IMG/VR virus record: IMGVR_UViG_3300042878_001023 | Span: 32,001 to 96,000 of that record | Source of the DNA: a virus | Lineage: Duplodnaviria > Caudoviricetes | Strand: one strand, 5' to 3' | Length of the DNA stretch: 64,000 nt | Shown: one piece after another, positions 31,718-40,231 of the stretch | Layout of the letters: the number at the start of each line of letters is the position of its first letter | Position numbering within the stretch: the first letter of the stretch is position 1 | Program-made: the position numbers and the translations under genes | Notes under the pieces: model-generated | Told to the model about the DNA's origin: nothing | What the model saw: only the letters and a program-made list of their open reading frames with translations | Databases searched by the model: none

Positions 31718-32287
31718 TTAACAGTTTTTACATTCAAATTTATTCAAAAGTTTTAAAGCATAGTTATATAATGTCATACCTTTTTGAGATTCATGACAAA
31801 ATTCTACTTTAGACTTTGCTGCATCAAGATACATTTTAATCAATCTTAATCTTTCTAGCCTTTCTTTAACCTTAGCTGGTGGATCACATGCAGCAACTTC
31901 TAAGCTACATAAGATTTTTTCATATTTGTTTAATGCTTTTGAAATTCTTAAATGATTGTACTGTACAAATACTTGATCATTAGGAGAAACACTGTAGGTA
32001 ATGTTATATACACCATCCGGTATATCAGAATATGTACTTCCGCAACCTTCTTTTTGTATAGCTAAATCACAAGCTGTAATATTTGTATGACCAAATTCTA
32101 CAAAGTCTTGTGTCTTTGTTGCACTTAGTTCTACGGAATGAGCAAATCCTGGTACACCAATTTGTAATTTAGGACACAGTATTGGAATACTTGGATTACT
32201 TGTCTGATATATACTTGTATCAAATATTTTCAATACACAAGTATTCATAACAGTTGGGACTTCTAAACTTAATACATGATTTGCCAT
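31718..32287 (-). CDS. Putative tail structural (hub/adaptor-like) protein (189 aa)
   Basis: IPDGVYNITYSV then helical C-terminus ending CKNC; located at start of tail block. Confidence 0.45.
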   Translation of the reverse strand: MANHVLSLEVPTVMNTCVLKIFDTSIYQTSNPSIPILCPKLQIGVPGFAHSVELSATKTQDFVEFGHTNITACDLAIQKEGCGSTYSDIPDGVYNITYSVSPNDQVFVQYNHLRISKALNKYEKILCSLEVAACDPPAKVKERLERLRLIKMYLDAAKSKVEFCHESQKGMTLYNYALKLLNKFECKNC

Positions 32288-32295
32288 ATGCTATA

Positions 32296-32340
32296 AAATA
32301 AAAAAAGGAGAGAAGAATTTGAAACTCTCACTCTCCTTTT
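32296..32340 (-). terminator. Rho-independent terminator
   Basis: aaaaggagag...ctctcctttt inverted repeat (32303-32340) with a T run on the minus strand, after the 32358 gene. Confidence 0.7.
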
Positions 32341-32357
32341 AAAGTTTATTATTTTTT

Positions 32358-33947
32358 TTATCTGATTGTTTCAGGAATGTTCACAACTGATACACAGTTT
32401 GTACCACAACTAAATGTTTCTAAACCATCACAGTTATTTCCACAAGCATTTAACCAAGCTTCAACAAATGTTTTTAAAGCTTGTCCTTGTCCACCATCAG
32501 TTGGAGTTACAGTAGATGCAACAATAATCTCTAATAAGTATTGATCATTATCAAAAGTACTAGATGCATTGTTGAAACGCGGAACATGGTGTTGAATATA
32601 AAATCTATTGTAAGATGAATCTCTATCAATAACATTCAACATTTGGTTTCCTTGAGTAATCTCACGGATACGGAAATCAGAATGGAAGAAGTTTTGTCTG
32701 TATCTTTCTGAAAGAATTACATCTCTCAATACAGTTTCACCTAAACCATTTGCTTGTCTTCCTTGACACTCAGTAATTACACACAATCCTTGGAATGTAC
32801 ATGGGTCACCGTTTAAGTCAGTTTCAGAAGCATACAATCTTACTGGTTCTTTTTCATAGAAGTCAGAAACTTGGAATGTACAATCACCAAATTTAGTATC
32901 TACATAAGCACCAAATAATGTGATACCTGCATATTGACCAACAACGTGACCAGGAGATACATAATTATCCCAAGTACCACCGATTGTATAACCTGCTGGA
33001 GGTGTAACACCTGTTAAATCAGATCCTGGTTTGTACCATAATGTATTATTCTCAGCAGTAACTACAGGATAGATGAAAGGAGCAATTAATGGAGAATCAA
33101 CAATTTGTTGAGCCCATTTAATATATACCTCAGTAGCATCTACAGCAGTTGGAACAATGTTTCCAGTTGGGCAACATCCTGTGTAAGCAGTTAATGTTAA
33201 GTAAGCATTGTGATTTAAGAATCTTAATGCAGGAGAACCTTTAATATCTAAACGTAAGTTATAAGTTTCACCACATAAGAAATCTTTTTTACAATTATCT
33301 TTAGCACCAGCAGTATCTACAGTTAAAATAACTTCAGTAACAGCACCACCATTAGATAATAATTGACCAGCAATAGAAGTTAATGTATCAGATACTGCAT
33401 ATCCTGTACCACCATTAACAATTTCTACTACAGTAGCTTGACCACCTACAACAGTTACTTTAGCAATGAATCCAGAACCTGAACCACCAGAGAAAGCAAT
33501 TTCATTATAAACACCATCAACAATGTTTGCACCATCATTAGTGATTGTCAAACTTAATACTTGGTCATCTGTAAATGGAGTATATCCTACATGGATAACA
33601 TTTTGAGATGCTGGACAAGCTGGAGCAAAGTAAAATTTGCTTACATACTTAGGGTTGATTTCTTTAGACTTGTTAGACTCTAAATAACCACCGTGGAAAG
33701 GTCCAATTTTATCATTTGAAAATAAAGAACCTGATGCCAAAATTAATGGACAACATCCTGAACCACTGAAAGTAGTTGGTTGAATCAACCAAGTTTTTGG
33801 ATTAACAAAAGCATACTGCCCAGCTGTTAAAATGTTTCCTGTTGTTCCTAAGACACCACCTGCTTTAGCAGTGTAACCTTGTGTACCCGGAGATAAAGCA
33901 TTTACCCCTACAAAGGATTTTTGAAATGCATGATTAAAATAACTCAT
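32358..33947 (-). CDS. Putative auxiliary capsid/major structural protein (crAss gene 74-like), 529 aa
   Basis: Own promoter motif and terminator, near capsid genes; C-terminal YNRFYIQH...LEIIV; contains a GGTGY Ig-like insert. Confidence 0.5.
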   Translation of the reverse strand: MSYFNHAFQKSFVGVNALSPGTQGYTAKAGGVLGTTGNILTAGQYAFVNPKTWLIQPTTFSGSGCCPLILASGSLFSNDKIGPFHGGYLESNKSKEINPKYVSKFYFAPACPASQNVIHVGYTPFTDDQVLSLTITNDGANIVDGVYNEIAFSGGSGSGFIAKVTVVGGQATVVEIVNGGTGYAVSDTLTSIAGQLLSNGGAVTEVILTVDTAGAKDNCKKDFLCGETYNLRLDIKGSPALRFLNHNAYLTLTAYTGCCPTGNIVPTAVDATEVYIKWAQQIVDSPLIAPFIYPVVTAENNTLWYKPGSDLTGVTPPAGYTIGGTWDNYVSPGHVVGQYAGITLFGAYVDTKFGDCTFQVSDFYEKEPVRLYASETDLNGDPCTFQGLCVITECQGRQANGLGETVLRDVILSERYRQNFFHSDFRIREITQGNQMLNVIDRDSSYNRFYIQHHVPRFNNASSTFDNDQYLLEIIVASTVTPTDGGQGQALKTFVEAWLNACGNNCDGLETFSCGTNCVSVVNIPETIR

Positions 33948-33981
33948 TTTTGTTTTGTTTTAGTTAATAAATAAATACTAT

Positions 33982-33990
33982 ATAATATAG
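33982..33990 (-). promoter_or_regulatory. Putative late promoter CTATATTAT
   Basis: Recurring motif, 34 nt upstream of ATG 33947. Confidence 0.55.
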
Positions 33991-34013
33991 TGAAAGATTT
34001 TATAAAATCAAAA

Positions 34014-34466
34014 TTATTTCAAGAAAAGTAATTTATATTTTGCAGAATTCATTGTAGACTTGATTGTATCAAGATCATTAACAATTTCTGAGTATGGCAT
34101 TTTGTCTTGTAACTTACATACCATATCACACATATCTTTTAAATAATCTATAGCATCAGCAACTGTATCCAACTTTCTTGGAGCAACTTCTGCATAGGAT
34201 AATAATTTTTCATGAGCACCTTGGAAACTTTCTGCTAAATCATCAGCATGTCCAGGTAATGCATCATATAAATCATTCAATGCTTTATGTGCAGCATATG
34301 AACCTGTACCTGTTATTTTTAAATGTAACTTATGAATACTTGTAGAAGCATTCATTAATTCACTTACACAGGCTGCTGTAAGAGATTCTATGTTTCCTCC
34401 AGCTGGAGCAGAAGCATATTCACCATTTGATTTTGTAGCCATTGGCCTTTTTAACATTCTTTGCAT
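34014..34466 (-). CDS. Dps/ferritin-like protein
   Basis: IHKLHLKITGTGSYAAHKALNDLYDALPGHADDLAE matches the Dps H...H..LD.LY......D..AE ferroxidase helix pattern. Confidence 0.75.
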   Translation of the reverse strand: MQRMLKRPMATKSNGEYASAPAGGNIESLTAACVSELMNASTSIHKLHLKITGTGSYAAHKALNDLYDALPGHADDLAESFQGAHEKLLSYAEVAPRKLDTVADAIDYLKDMCDMVCKLQDKMPYSEIVNDLDTIKSTMNSAKYKLLFLK

Positions 34467-34468
34467 GA

Positions 34469-35167
34469 TTAGTTATTTTTTTCTGATGATTGAGAATTTC
34501 TACTGTATTGGTTTGTAGATTCAATATCTCCAGCTATTATTGCTGTAGCATCATCAATTAGTAATTCAATTATATCATCTTTAAATTCACATGTTATATC
34601 AGCAGCTGCAATAGCATTTGTATAAGGATCTGAGCAGTCTAAAAATTCTACTCTTCTTGGTTGTCTATAATATATTAATGATAATGCTCCTATAGTAAAA
34701 TCCCCATTAGTGTAAACATTAACATTATTATTGCTTAGAGTAGCAAAGGTTTCCCCCCACTCAAAGCTTGGTTGTTTTGCTTTATCTCTTAAAAGTTCAG
34801 ATACATTAGATTCTTCTGTAAGATAAATCATCATCCTCCGGTTATCACAACAACCTTTTTCTCCAGTAAAATCTACTCGCTTCCATGCTAAATAATTAGT
34901 AGGTAAAGCAGCAGAATAAAAAATTTGTTTATTAACAGGAGTCAATTGAGTTGTGGTAAGTAAAACCTGTAAGTCATCCTTTCTTCTATTAGTTTGCTCA
35001 TCACCTTCTTTAACAAGATTCAATCCATGAAGTTGTCTTCTTACCCATTCTACCTGAGCTTTATTAAATGCCTCAACTATTTGCCAACATTGGATGTTGT
35101 CGTAATCTTGGCTATCAAGCTTATTGAGACGCTGCTTAACTTTTATTTCAATTGTACTGTTTAACAT
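34469..35167 (-). CDS. Head-tail ring/adaptor protein
   Basis: LNKLDS...FNKAQ...LPTNYL...YYRQP...CEF pattern of crAss-like ring proteins. Confidence 0.6.
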   Translation of the reverse strand: MLNSTIEIKVKQRLNKLDSQDYDNIQCWQIVEAFNKAQVEWVRRQLHGLNLVKEGDEQTNRRKDDLQVLLTTTQLTPVNKQIFYSAALPTNYLAWKRVDFTGEKGCCDNRRMMIYLTEESNVSELLRDKAKQPSFEWGETFATLSNNNVNVYTNGDFTIGALSLIYYRQPRRVEFLDCSDPYTNAIAAADITCEFKDDIIELLIDDATAIIAGDIESTNQYSRNSQSSEKNN

Positions 35168-35173
35168 TACATT

Positions 35174-35509
35174 TTATTTTAATGATCTATGTTTTTTAGT
35201 TCCTCCATAAATACCTGCAACAGCAGCAGCTGTACCAACAGCAATACCAGTAGCTTTAGCTTTATTGGATATCTTAACTTTTTCAGGATTTTTTATAGCT
35301 GTGGTTGTTGCAGCAGCACCTTTATCAGAAACTGGTTTACCAGCAGATGCCCAATCTGAAAAAGATTTTTTAACAGTACTTGTAGGCTTACTAGCTTTGT
35401 AAGTAGTTTTAGCAGCTTTCATTCCTTCATTAATACTTTTAGCACCTCTTACAACAGTTTTGATAGCTTTACCCATCATTGCTTTTGGAAGTTCTTTTTT
35501 CTTTGCCAT
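35174..35509 (-). CDS. Small Lys/Ala-rich protein with C-terminal hydrophobic segment
   Basis: 111 aa; LPKAMMG motif; GIAVGTAAAVAGIYGG. Confidence 0.6.
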   Translation of the reverse strand: MAKKKELPKAMMGKAIKTVVRGAKSINEGMKAAKTTYKASKPTSTVKKSFSDWASAGKPVSDKGAAATTTAIKNPEKVKISNKAKATGIAVGTAAAVAGIYGGTKKHRSLK

Positions 35510-35511
35510 AA

Positions 35512-35670
35512 TTATTTCTTTTTTGCCATTGCTTTAAAAGTCTTAGCTAACTGTTTAGCTTTACCTGTACAACCAGGTTTAGTTATAGGGGTACATTTAC
35601 CTTTTGTACCCCTTTTCTTAATATCAGCTGTAGCTTTTTGAATCCAGTTTTTATCTTTTTTCTCAGCCAT
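35512..35670 (-). CDS. Small basic protein (52 aa), not in ORF track
   Basis: Hand translation MAEKKDKNWIQKATADIKKRGTKGKCTPITKPGCTGKAKQLAKTFKAMAKKK; fills the gap with 2-nt spacing on both sides. Confidence 0.75.
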   Translation of the reverse strand: MAEKKDKNWIQKATADIKKRGTKGKCTPITKPGCTGKAKQLAKTFKAMAKKK

Positions 35671-35672
35671 TA

Positions 35673-36065
35673 TTAGCATTTCTTTTTAGTAGCACCACCC
35701 ATTTTCTTTTTGCTCATTTTAGCACCAGCTATTCTATCTGCTGCAGTAGCTTTAGGATTTTTGTCTACACCAGCTTTAACTGATAACATACCAAAAGATG
35801 AACCACCTTTTTTAAAGCTTGGTCTTTCAGATACACATCCACCAGTAGCAGATCTAACTGTACCTGGAGGGCAAGAATGTTTAACAGCGGTTAGTTTAGA
35901 ACCACCTTTTTTCATAGACTCCATACCTTGTAAATTAGGTCCTGTTGCACCTGCATTAGGGATTCCATATATTTGTCCTTTTGGTGTAGCAGAACCAACA
36001 GTAGTTTTCATTGTAGAACCACCTTTTTGCATCTTAGTTCCACCACATTTCATACACTTTGCCAT
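35673..36065 (-). CDS. Small basic protein with repeated xKxGG motifs (130 aa)
   Basis: MQKGG, MKKGG, FKKGG, KKMGG; N-terminal CMKC. Confidence 0.7.
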   Translation of the reverse strand: MAKCMKCGGTKMQKGGSTMKTTVGSATPKGQIYGIPNAGATGPNLQGMESMKKGGSKLTAVKHSCPPGTVRSATGGCVSERPSFKKGGSSFGMLSVKAGVDKNPKATAADRIAGAKMSKKKMGGATKKKC

Positions 36066-36077
36066 ATTATATAAGTT

Positions 36078-36587
36078 TTAACAATTCCATTTTTTTAAAG
36101 CTAATGCTTTTCTTGTAGGTTTTCCCTTCTCATCTTTCATAGGTCCATCAACCCCTGACATTCTAGCACAAAAACTTTTTCTTCTCTTAGCATCTTTACT
36201 ATCTGGATCAAGCTTTGATGGCTTAGTAGTCACAGCCATTTTAAGTTTGCTTCCTGGATTTTCTTTTCTGTAGGAAGCAACTCCTTTAGCATTAAGACCA
36301 CCCGCTGGATTCTTTCCCTCCTTGCGTGTCCATGCAGCTGTACTACCTCCTGTTTTCATTTTAGGCATTTTGTCATTTTGCTTATGCCAATCTTTTTCAG
36401 CCTTAACTCCTTGCTTTACAGTTTTAGCATTTGCAGTTCTAGTCAAACTAATAGTATCATAGGTTCCTTTATTTTTGGTAAGATGGTTCACCATAATGTC
36501 ACCAACTTTACCTTCACCTTTTTTAGTACTTTTTTTATATACTACATGTTTTTCATTACCCGTAGTAAGTTTAACCTTAGCTGCCAT
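36078..36587 (-). CDS. Basic protein with C-terminal DUF6321-like domain (169 aa)
   Basis: AWTRKEGKNPAGGLNAKG...RRKSFCARMSG...ALKKWNC, a widespread phage domain, joined to an N-terminal domain through MKTGG. Confidence 0.7.
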   Translation of the reverse strand: MAAKVKLTTGNEKHVVYKKSTKKGEGKVGDIMVNHLTKNKGTYDTISLTRTANAKTVKQGVKAEKDWHKQNDKMPKMKTGGSTAAWTRKEGKNPAGGLNAKGVASYRKENPGSKLKMAVTTKPSKLDPDSKDAKRRKSFCARMSGVDGPMKDEKGKPTRKALALKKWNC

Positions 36588-36589
36588 GA

Positions 36590-36742
36590 CTATTTCTTTT
36601 TGGTAGTTGTTTTAATCTTCTTTTCTTGTTTAAGCATTTGAGTTGTAGGTTTCTTACCAGAACCTTTATTAGCACGGATGTTGTCCCAGAGACCTCTCTG
36701 AGACATACTACCGTCTTTTCTTTTTATCATTTCTTTTGCCAT
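36590..36742 (-). CDS. Small basic protein (50 aa), not in ORF track
   Basis: MAKEMIKRKDGSMSQRGLWDNIRANKGSGKKPTTQMLKQEKKIKTTTKKK; TAATG overlap with the upstream gene. Confidence 0.75.
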   Translation of the reverse strand: MAKEMIKRKDGSMSQRGLWDNIRANKGSGKKPTTQMLKQEKKIKTTTKKK

Positions 36743-36984
36743 TATTTTCTTTTTAAAGTTCTAACTGGTCTTGCTACAGTTTTTCCTGCTGGAGCTTTAC
36801 CTGCAGTAACAATTCCTCCTAGTGCTTTAATTTGTTCTTGTGCATGCTTTGCAACATGACTCATCATTTTAGGATCTTTTCTAATTTCATCAGCTCTCTT
36901 CAAAGTAGATAAGGCAGATTCAATTTCCCATCTGTCCATTTCCTTCTTTGCAGGAGTTATAATTGCTTTAGTTACTTTTGCCAT
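36742..36984 (-). CDS. Small basic protein (80 aa)
   Basis: DRWEIESALSTLKRADEIRKDPK motif; packed operon. Confidence 0.7.
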   Translation of the reverse strand: MAKVTKAIITPAKKEMDRWEIESALSTLKRADEIRKDPKMMSHVAKHAQEQIKALGGIVTAGKAPAGKTVARPVRTLKRK

Positions 36985-36986
36985 GA

Positions 36987-37271
36987 CTATTTCTTTTTAA
37001 ATAAATTTTTAAAAAATAATTTAATTTTAGTAGACAATGATACTGACTCAACTACTATTTCTTTAACTTCATCCTCAATTGTTTCTTCAATTGTTTCTTT
37101 GTGTTCAGAAATGAGTTTAGTTGCTTCATATGTAGCATTTTCAAGTACTGGTAACACTTCTTCAAGAGTTGCTTCAACTTCTTTTACAATTTTTTTTAAA
37201 ACTTTTTTTCTTGGAGCTCTTGGAGTTTTTACTTTCTCAACAATAGCTGCTTCTACTTTTTTTCTTGCCAT
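36987..37271 (-). CDS. Hypothetical protein (94 aa), basic termini and acidic core
   Basis: Packed operon, plausible composition. Confidence 0.65.
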   Translation of the reverse strand: MARKKVEAAIVEKVKTPRAPRKKVLKKIVKEVEATLEEVLPVLENATYEATKLISEHKETIEETIEDEVKEIVVESVSLSTKIKLFFKNLFKKK

Positions 37272-37282
37272 AATATTATAAT

Positions 37283-37313
37283 AAAATTAAGCAGTACCCT
37301 ATTTAGGTACTGC
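37283..37313 (-). terminator. Rho-independent terminator overlapping the stop of the 58-aa ORF
   Basis: gcagtacc-ctattta-ggtactgc perfect 8-bp stem (37291-37313), then TTAATTTT on the minus strand. Confidence 0.65.
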
Positions 37314-37475
37314 TGTTTTAGGAGCACTAGATGTTCCACCTACTCTTCCTTTAGCTACTTTTTGAGCAGATGCTTTTGGATTAACTCCAGATTTTACACC
37401 TTTACTTCCAGCTACTTTAGAAGCTGTAACTTTTGCATTTGGGTTATTAATTTTCCCGGTTGTAAACTTTGCCAT
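37299..37475 (-). CDS. Small basic K/A/G/S-rich protein (58 aa), not in ORF track
   Basis: MAKFTTGKINNPNAKVTASKVAGSKGVKSGVNPKASAQKVAKGRVGGTSSAPKTAVPK; internal NP.A..A.KVA repeat; no acidic residues. Confidence 0.7.
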   Translation of the reverse strand: MAKFTTGKINNPNAKVTASKVAGSKGVKSGVNPKASAQKVAKGRVGGTSSAPKTAVPK

Positions 37476-37487
37476 TTTATTTTTGAA

Positions 37488-38504
37488 TTAAGAGTTCCAA
37501 TACTTTTCACAAGCCATGTTTAAGTCTTTCAAAATATCCTCATTTAAAGGATTTTTTAAGTGCTCTAATACATCAGAAACATTCCTACCTAACAATGCAT
37601 TAGTTTTGGTATGATAGATATAACCATCGGCCTTATTAACAATATACTTAAAAAATACGGAATCTCTAACAATTGATTTAATTTTTAGTGTTTCCATATC
37701 CATATTAGCTGTTTCCATAAAGGTTTTAGCAGCTCTTTCTTTGTTTGATTCACCAGCTAAACCAGCAATGTAATTATCCATGTTTTCATAGATTACATCA
37801 TTTGGTGTAGATTTTCTATATTGTGTACTATTGATATCTACAACTTTTGCAATGTAGAATAACTTAGTACTGTTTTTGTCAAATAATTTTTGCAATTCAG
37901 ATAGAGCTTTGTTACGTAATTTTTTGTACTCAGTTCTAACCATTACAGTTTCTTCTTCTTTATCTAAATAAAACTTAGGTGGAACAGCTTTTGCTCTTGC
38001 ATCTTCTAAGCTTTTTGAAACTAATGAAAATCCACCAGCTTCAATTGCATAAAGTTTAATTCTATCATAGGGGTCTTTAGGATCCAGGAACACTGGTTCA
38101 TTACCACATGAAATAAAAATTCTATTCCAGAAGTCAGAATTGTTTGGTCTTAGTAAAGTTACTTTAGCCCAAAAGTCTTTATCATCAATATCAATAACAT
38201 TTGCAGCAAGCTCTTGCTCTAACTCTGCAACTGCTAATCTTATCTCTCTTACTCTAGCTTCTTTTTCTGCTATAGGAAGTAGTTTGATCTCCGGAGCAAA
38301 TTCATTTAATCCAGTTACATATCTTACTACACCATTGTTGTCTAAACAAGCTAATTGTTCATTGTGTGTTACTCCATCAAATAAACTCATTCCATAGTCT
38401 TCTAATCCCATGTTAGAAGCAGAGTTATCAAAGTAAGGTCTAACAGCAATTGCTGTTTTTTTAATTGAGCCTTTTCCGGTCTCAACCATTGTGAAATTTT
38501 CCAT
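37488..38504 (-). CDS. Conserved protein downstream of major capsid (crAss gene 75-like), 338 aa
   Basis: Position after MCP; FW...LDPKDPYDRIK...PKFYL pattern. Confidence 0.6.
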   Translation of the reverse strand: MENFTMVETGKGSIKKTAIAVRPYFDNSASNMGLEDYGMSLFDGVTHNEQLACLDNNGVVRYVTGLNEFAPEIKLLPIAEKEARVREIRLAVAELEQELAANVIDIDDKDFWAKVTLLRPNNSDFWNRIFISCGNEPVFLDPKDPYDRIKLYAIEAGGFSLVSKSLEDARAKAVPPKFYLDKEEETVMVRTEYKKLRNKALSELQKLFDKNSTKLFYIAKVVDINSTQYRKSTPNDVIYENMDNYIAGLAGESNKERAAKTFMETANMDMETLKIKSIVRDSVFFKYIVNKADGYIYHTKTNALLGRNVSDVLEHLKNPLNEDILKDLNMACEKYWNS

Positions 38505-38537
38505 TATATTGTTGGTTTTGGTTTTTGTAAATTTAAT

Positions 38538-38574
38538 AAAAAAAATAGGTAGAGGAAACTAATCCCCTACCTAT
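38538..38574 (-). terminator. Rho-independent terminator after major capsid gene
   Basis: ataggtag...ctacctat stem (38545-38574) followed by a T run on the minus strand. Confidence 0.75.
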
Positions 38575-38586
38575 CATAGGTATTTT

Positions 38587-40206
38587 TTAGAATGATCCAC
38601 CAGTAATAGGGTTTCTCATTACAATCTTGAGAACTTTTGTAGGATCTTTAACCCAAATAGCAGGCATTGTTTGAGACATCATTACACGGTAACCATTGAA
38701 CTGACCTGAAGATTGGAACCCTTGAGTTCTTCCCATGTAGTCCATAGTACCATTTTGATACCACCATTTCAATTGATTATCCCAAGATAATTTCAATAAG
38801 TAAATGTTGTCATTAGTATTATCTGTGATATCAAAGATAATGAATGAGTAAGAAGATAATGGGAAACCATCAATGATTGGATTCTCAATATCATTAGTGT
38901 GAACATTATCAAATGCTGGATTCAATACAAATTTCACGTTAGCCAAGAATGGGATAACATATGAAGTGTATGCAAATCCAAAGTTCAAGTCCATACCTTT
39001 ACCAGTGATAGCACCTATATCAGCAGCTTGAATCAATAAACCAGAAGATACTGCTTCACGTTTGATAGCCTCATTTACCATTCTCATACCACCCATACCA
39101 GTTTGTACAACTAATGAGCGTTTTGGATCTGGACCTTGGAATTCAACTTTACCATTAAAGAAGTTGTAGATCTCACCACGGAATAAATCCAATGTGAAGT
39201 TATTCTTGTTGTAGATTCTTTTGAAAGAGTTATCTAACTGTTTCCAAAGACCCACTGACAATCTTAAATCATCTGGACCATCTTGTTTGATTCTACCACC
39301 TTGTCCCCACATCAAGTATGTCTCAATATCTTGAGCAATCTTAGATAAGTGAGCAGATTCCATTGTAGTTAAGAAAGTTCTAGATAAATCACCATTGTCA
39401 AAAGCTTTTTTAACTTTGTCTTTACCTAATGTCTTAACCATATCATCTAAGCTATTGATTGAAGGATCATTTAAGTTTGTATCAAATGTTCTCCAGATCT
39501 CAGTTACAGGAACTGTACCATCTGCATTCATACCACCTTTGATCATTAAATCTGCTCTAGAAGAAATAGAGTAATGAACGTGAGCTTCAGCACCTCCTAC
39601 AAAGTTGTAGAATTCACGGAAACCAGCTCTAGTTTGGATGTCAGAGAATCTCTCACCATACTCACCACGAGCAGAACCTTTACGGAATACTTTAGTACCA
39701 TTAGCTAAGTACTTGTTATCCAAGAACTTGAAGTTATCATTATTTACTAACTGTACGGTATAGATAAATCCATCACCTACAGGTAAAATATCTTCAGCTG
39801 TTACATAAAGTTCAACACCGTTATATTTGTCATATGTGAACATATCACCATGTCCAAACTCACGTCTGTTTAACTTTACTCTGAAAGTTGATCCTTCAAT
39901 TCCTTTGAACTCATTATCTGGTTCAATGTCCTCAATAATGTAAGGAAGATCAATAGACACAGGAGTCTGCCATCTATATTCACCTCTTGCATTATCAACC
40001 ATAATTACATTTTTTCCGCCAAAAGAAGACATTTGGTATAGGGGCATTTCAACTTTTTGAGCCATAGCCCATAAGTCTACTGGACCTAAATCCATTGGTT
40101 GTGCATCTTTCAACATGTTTACTAAGTGGTAAGAATCCACATGTGAACTTGCATTGTATGCAGTATCACGCAGAAATATACCATTGTTTAAAACTGGAGT
40201 TGCCAT
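38587..40206 (-). CDS. Major capsid protein (HK97 fold, crAss-like), 539 aa
   Basis: Portal-scaffold-MCP order; EYRWQ, ETYLMWG, GLWKQL, TGMGGM, GFAYTSY and C-terminal IWVKDPTK motifs; followed by a strong terminator. Confidence 0.85.
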   Translation of the reverse strand: MATPVLNNGIFLRDTAYNASSHVDSYHLVNMLKDAQPMDLGPVDLWAMAQKVEMPLYQMSSFGGKNVIMVDNARGEYRWQTPVSIDLPYIIEDIEPDNEFKGIEGSTFRVKLNRREFGHGDMFTYDKYNGVELYVTAEDILPVGDGFIYTVQLVNNDNFKFLDNKYLANGTKVFRKGSARGEYGERFSDIQTRAGFREFYNFVGGAEAHVHYSISSRADLMIKGGMNADGTVPVTEIWRTFDTNLNDPSINSLDDMVKTLGKDKVKKAFDNGDLSRTFLTTMESAHLSKIAQDIETYLMWGQGGRIKQDGPDDLRLSVGLWKQLDNSFKRIYNKNNFTLDLFRGEIYNFFNGKVEFQGPDPKRSLVVQTGMGGMRMVNEAIKREAVSSGLLIQAADIGAITGKGMDLNFGFAYTSYVIPFLANVKFVLNPAFDNVHTNDIENPIIDGFPLSSYSFIIFDITDNTNDNIYLLKLSWDNQLKWWYQNGTMDYMGRTQGFQSSGQFNGYRVMMSQTMPAIWVKDPTKVLKIVMRNPITGGSF

Positions 40207-40231
40207 TTATATTTATTTATTAGTTACTTAA

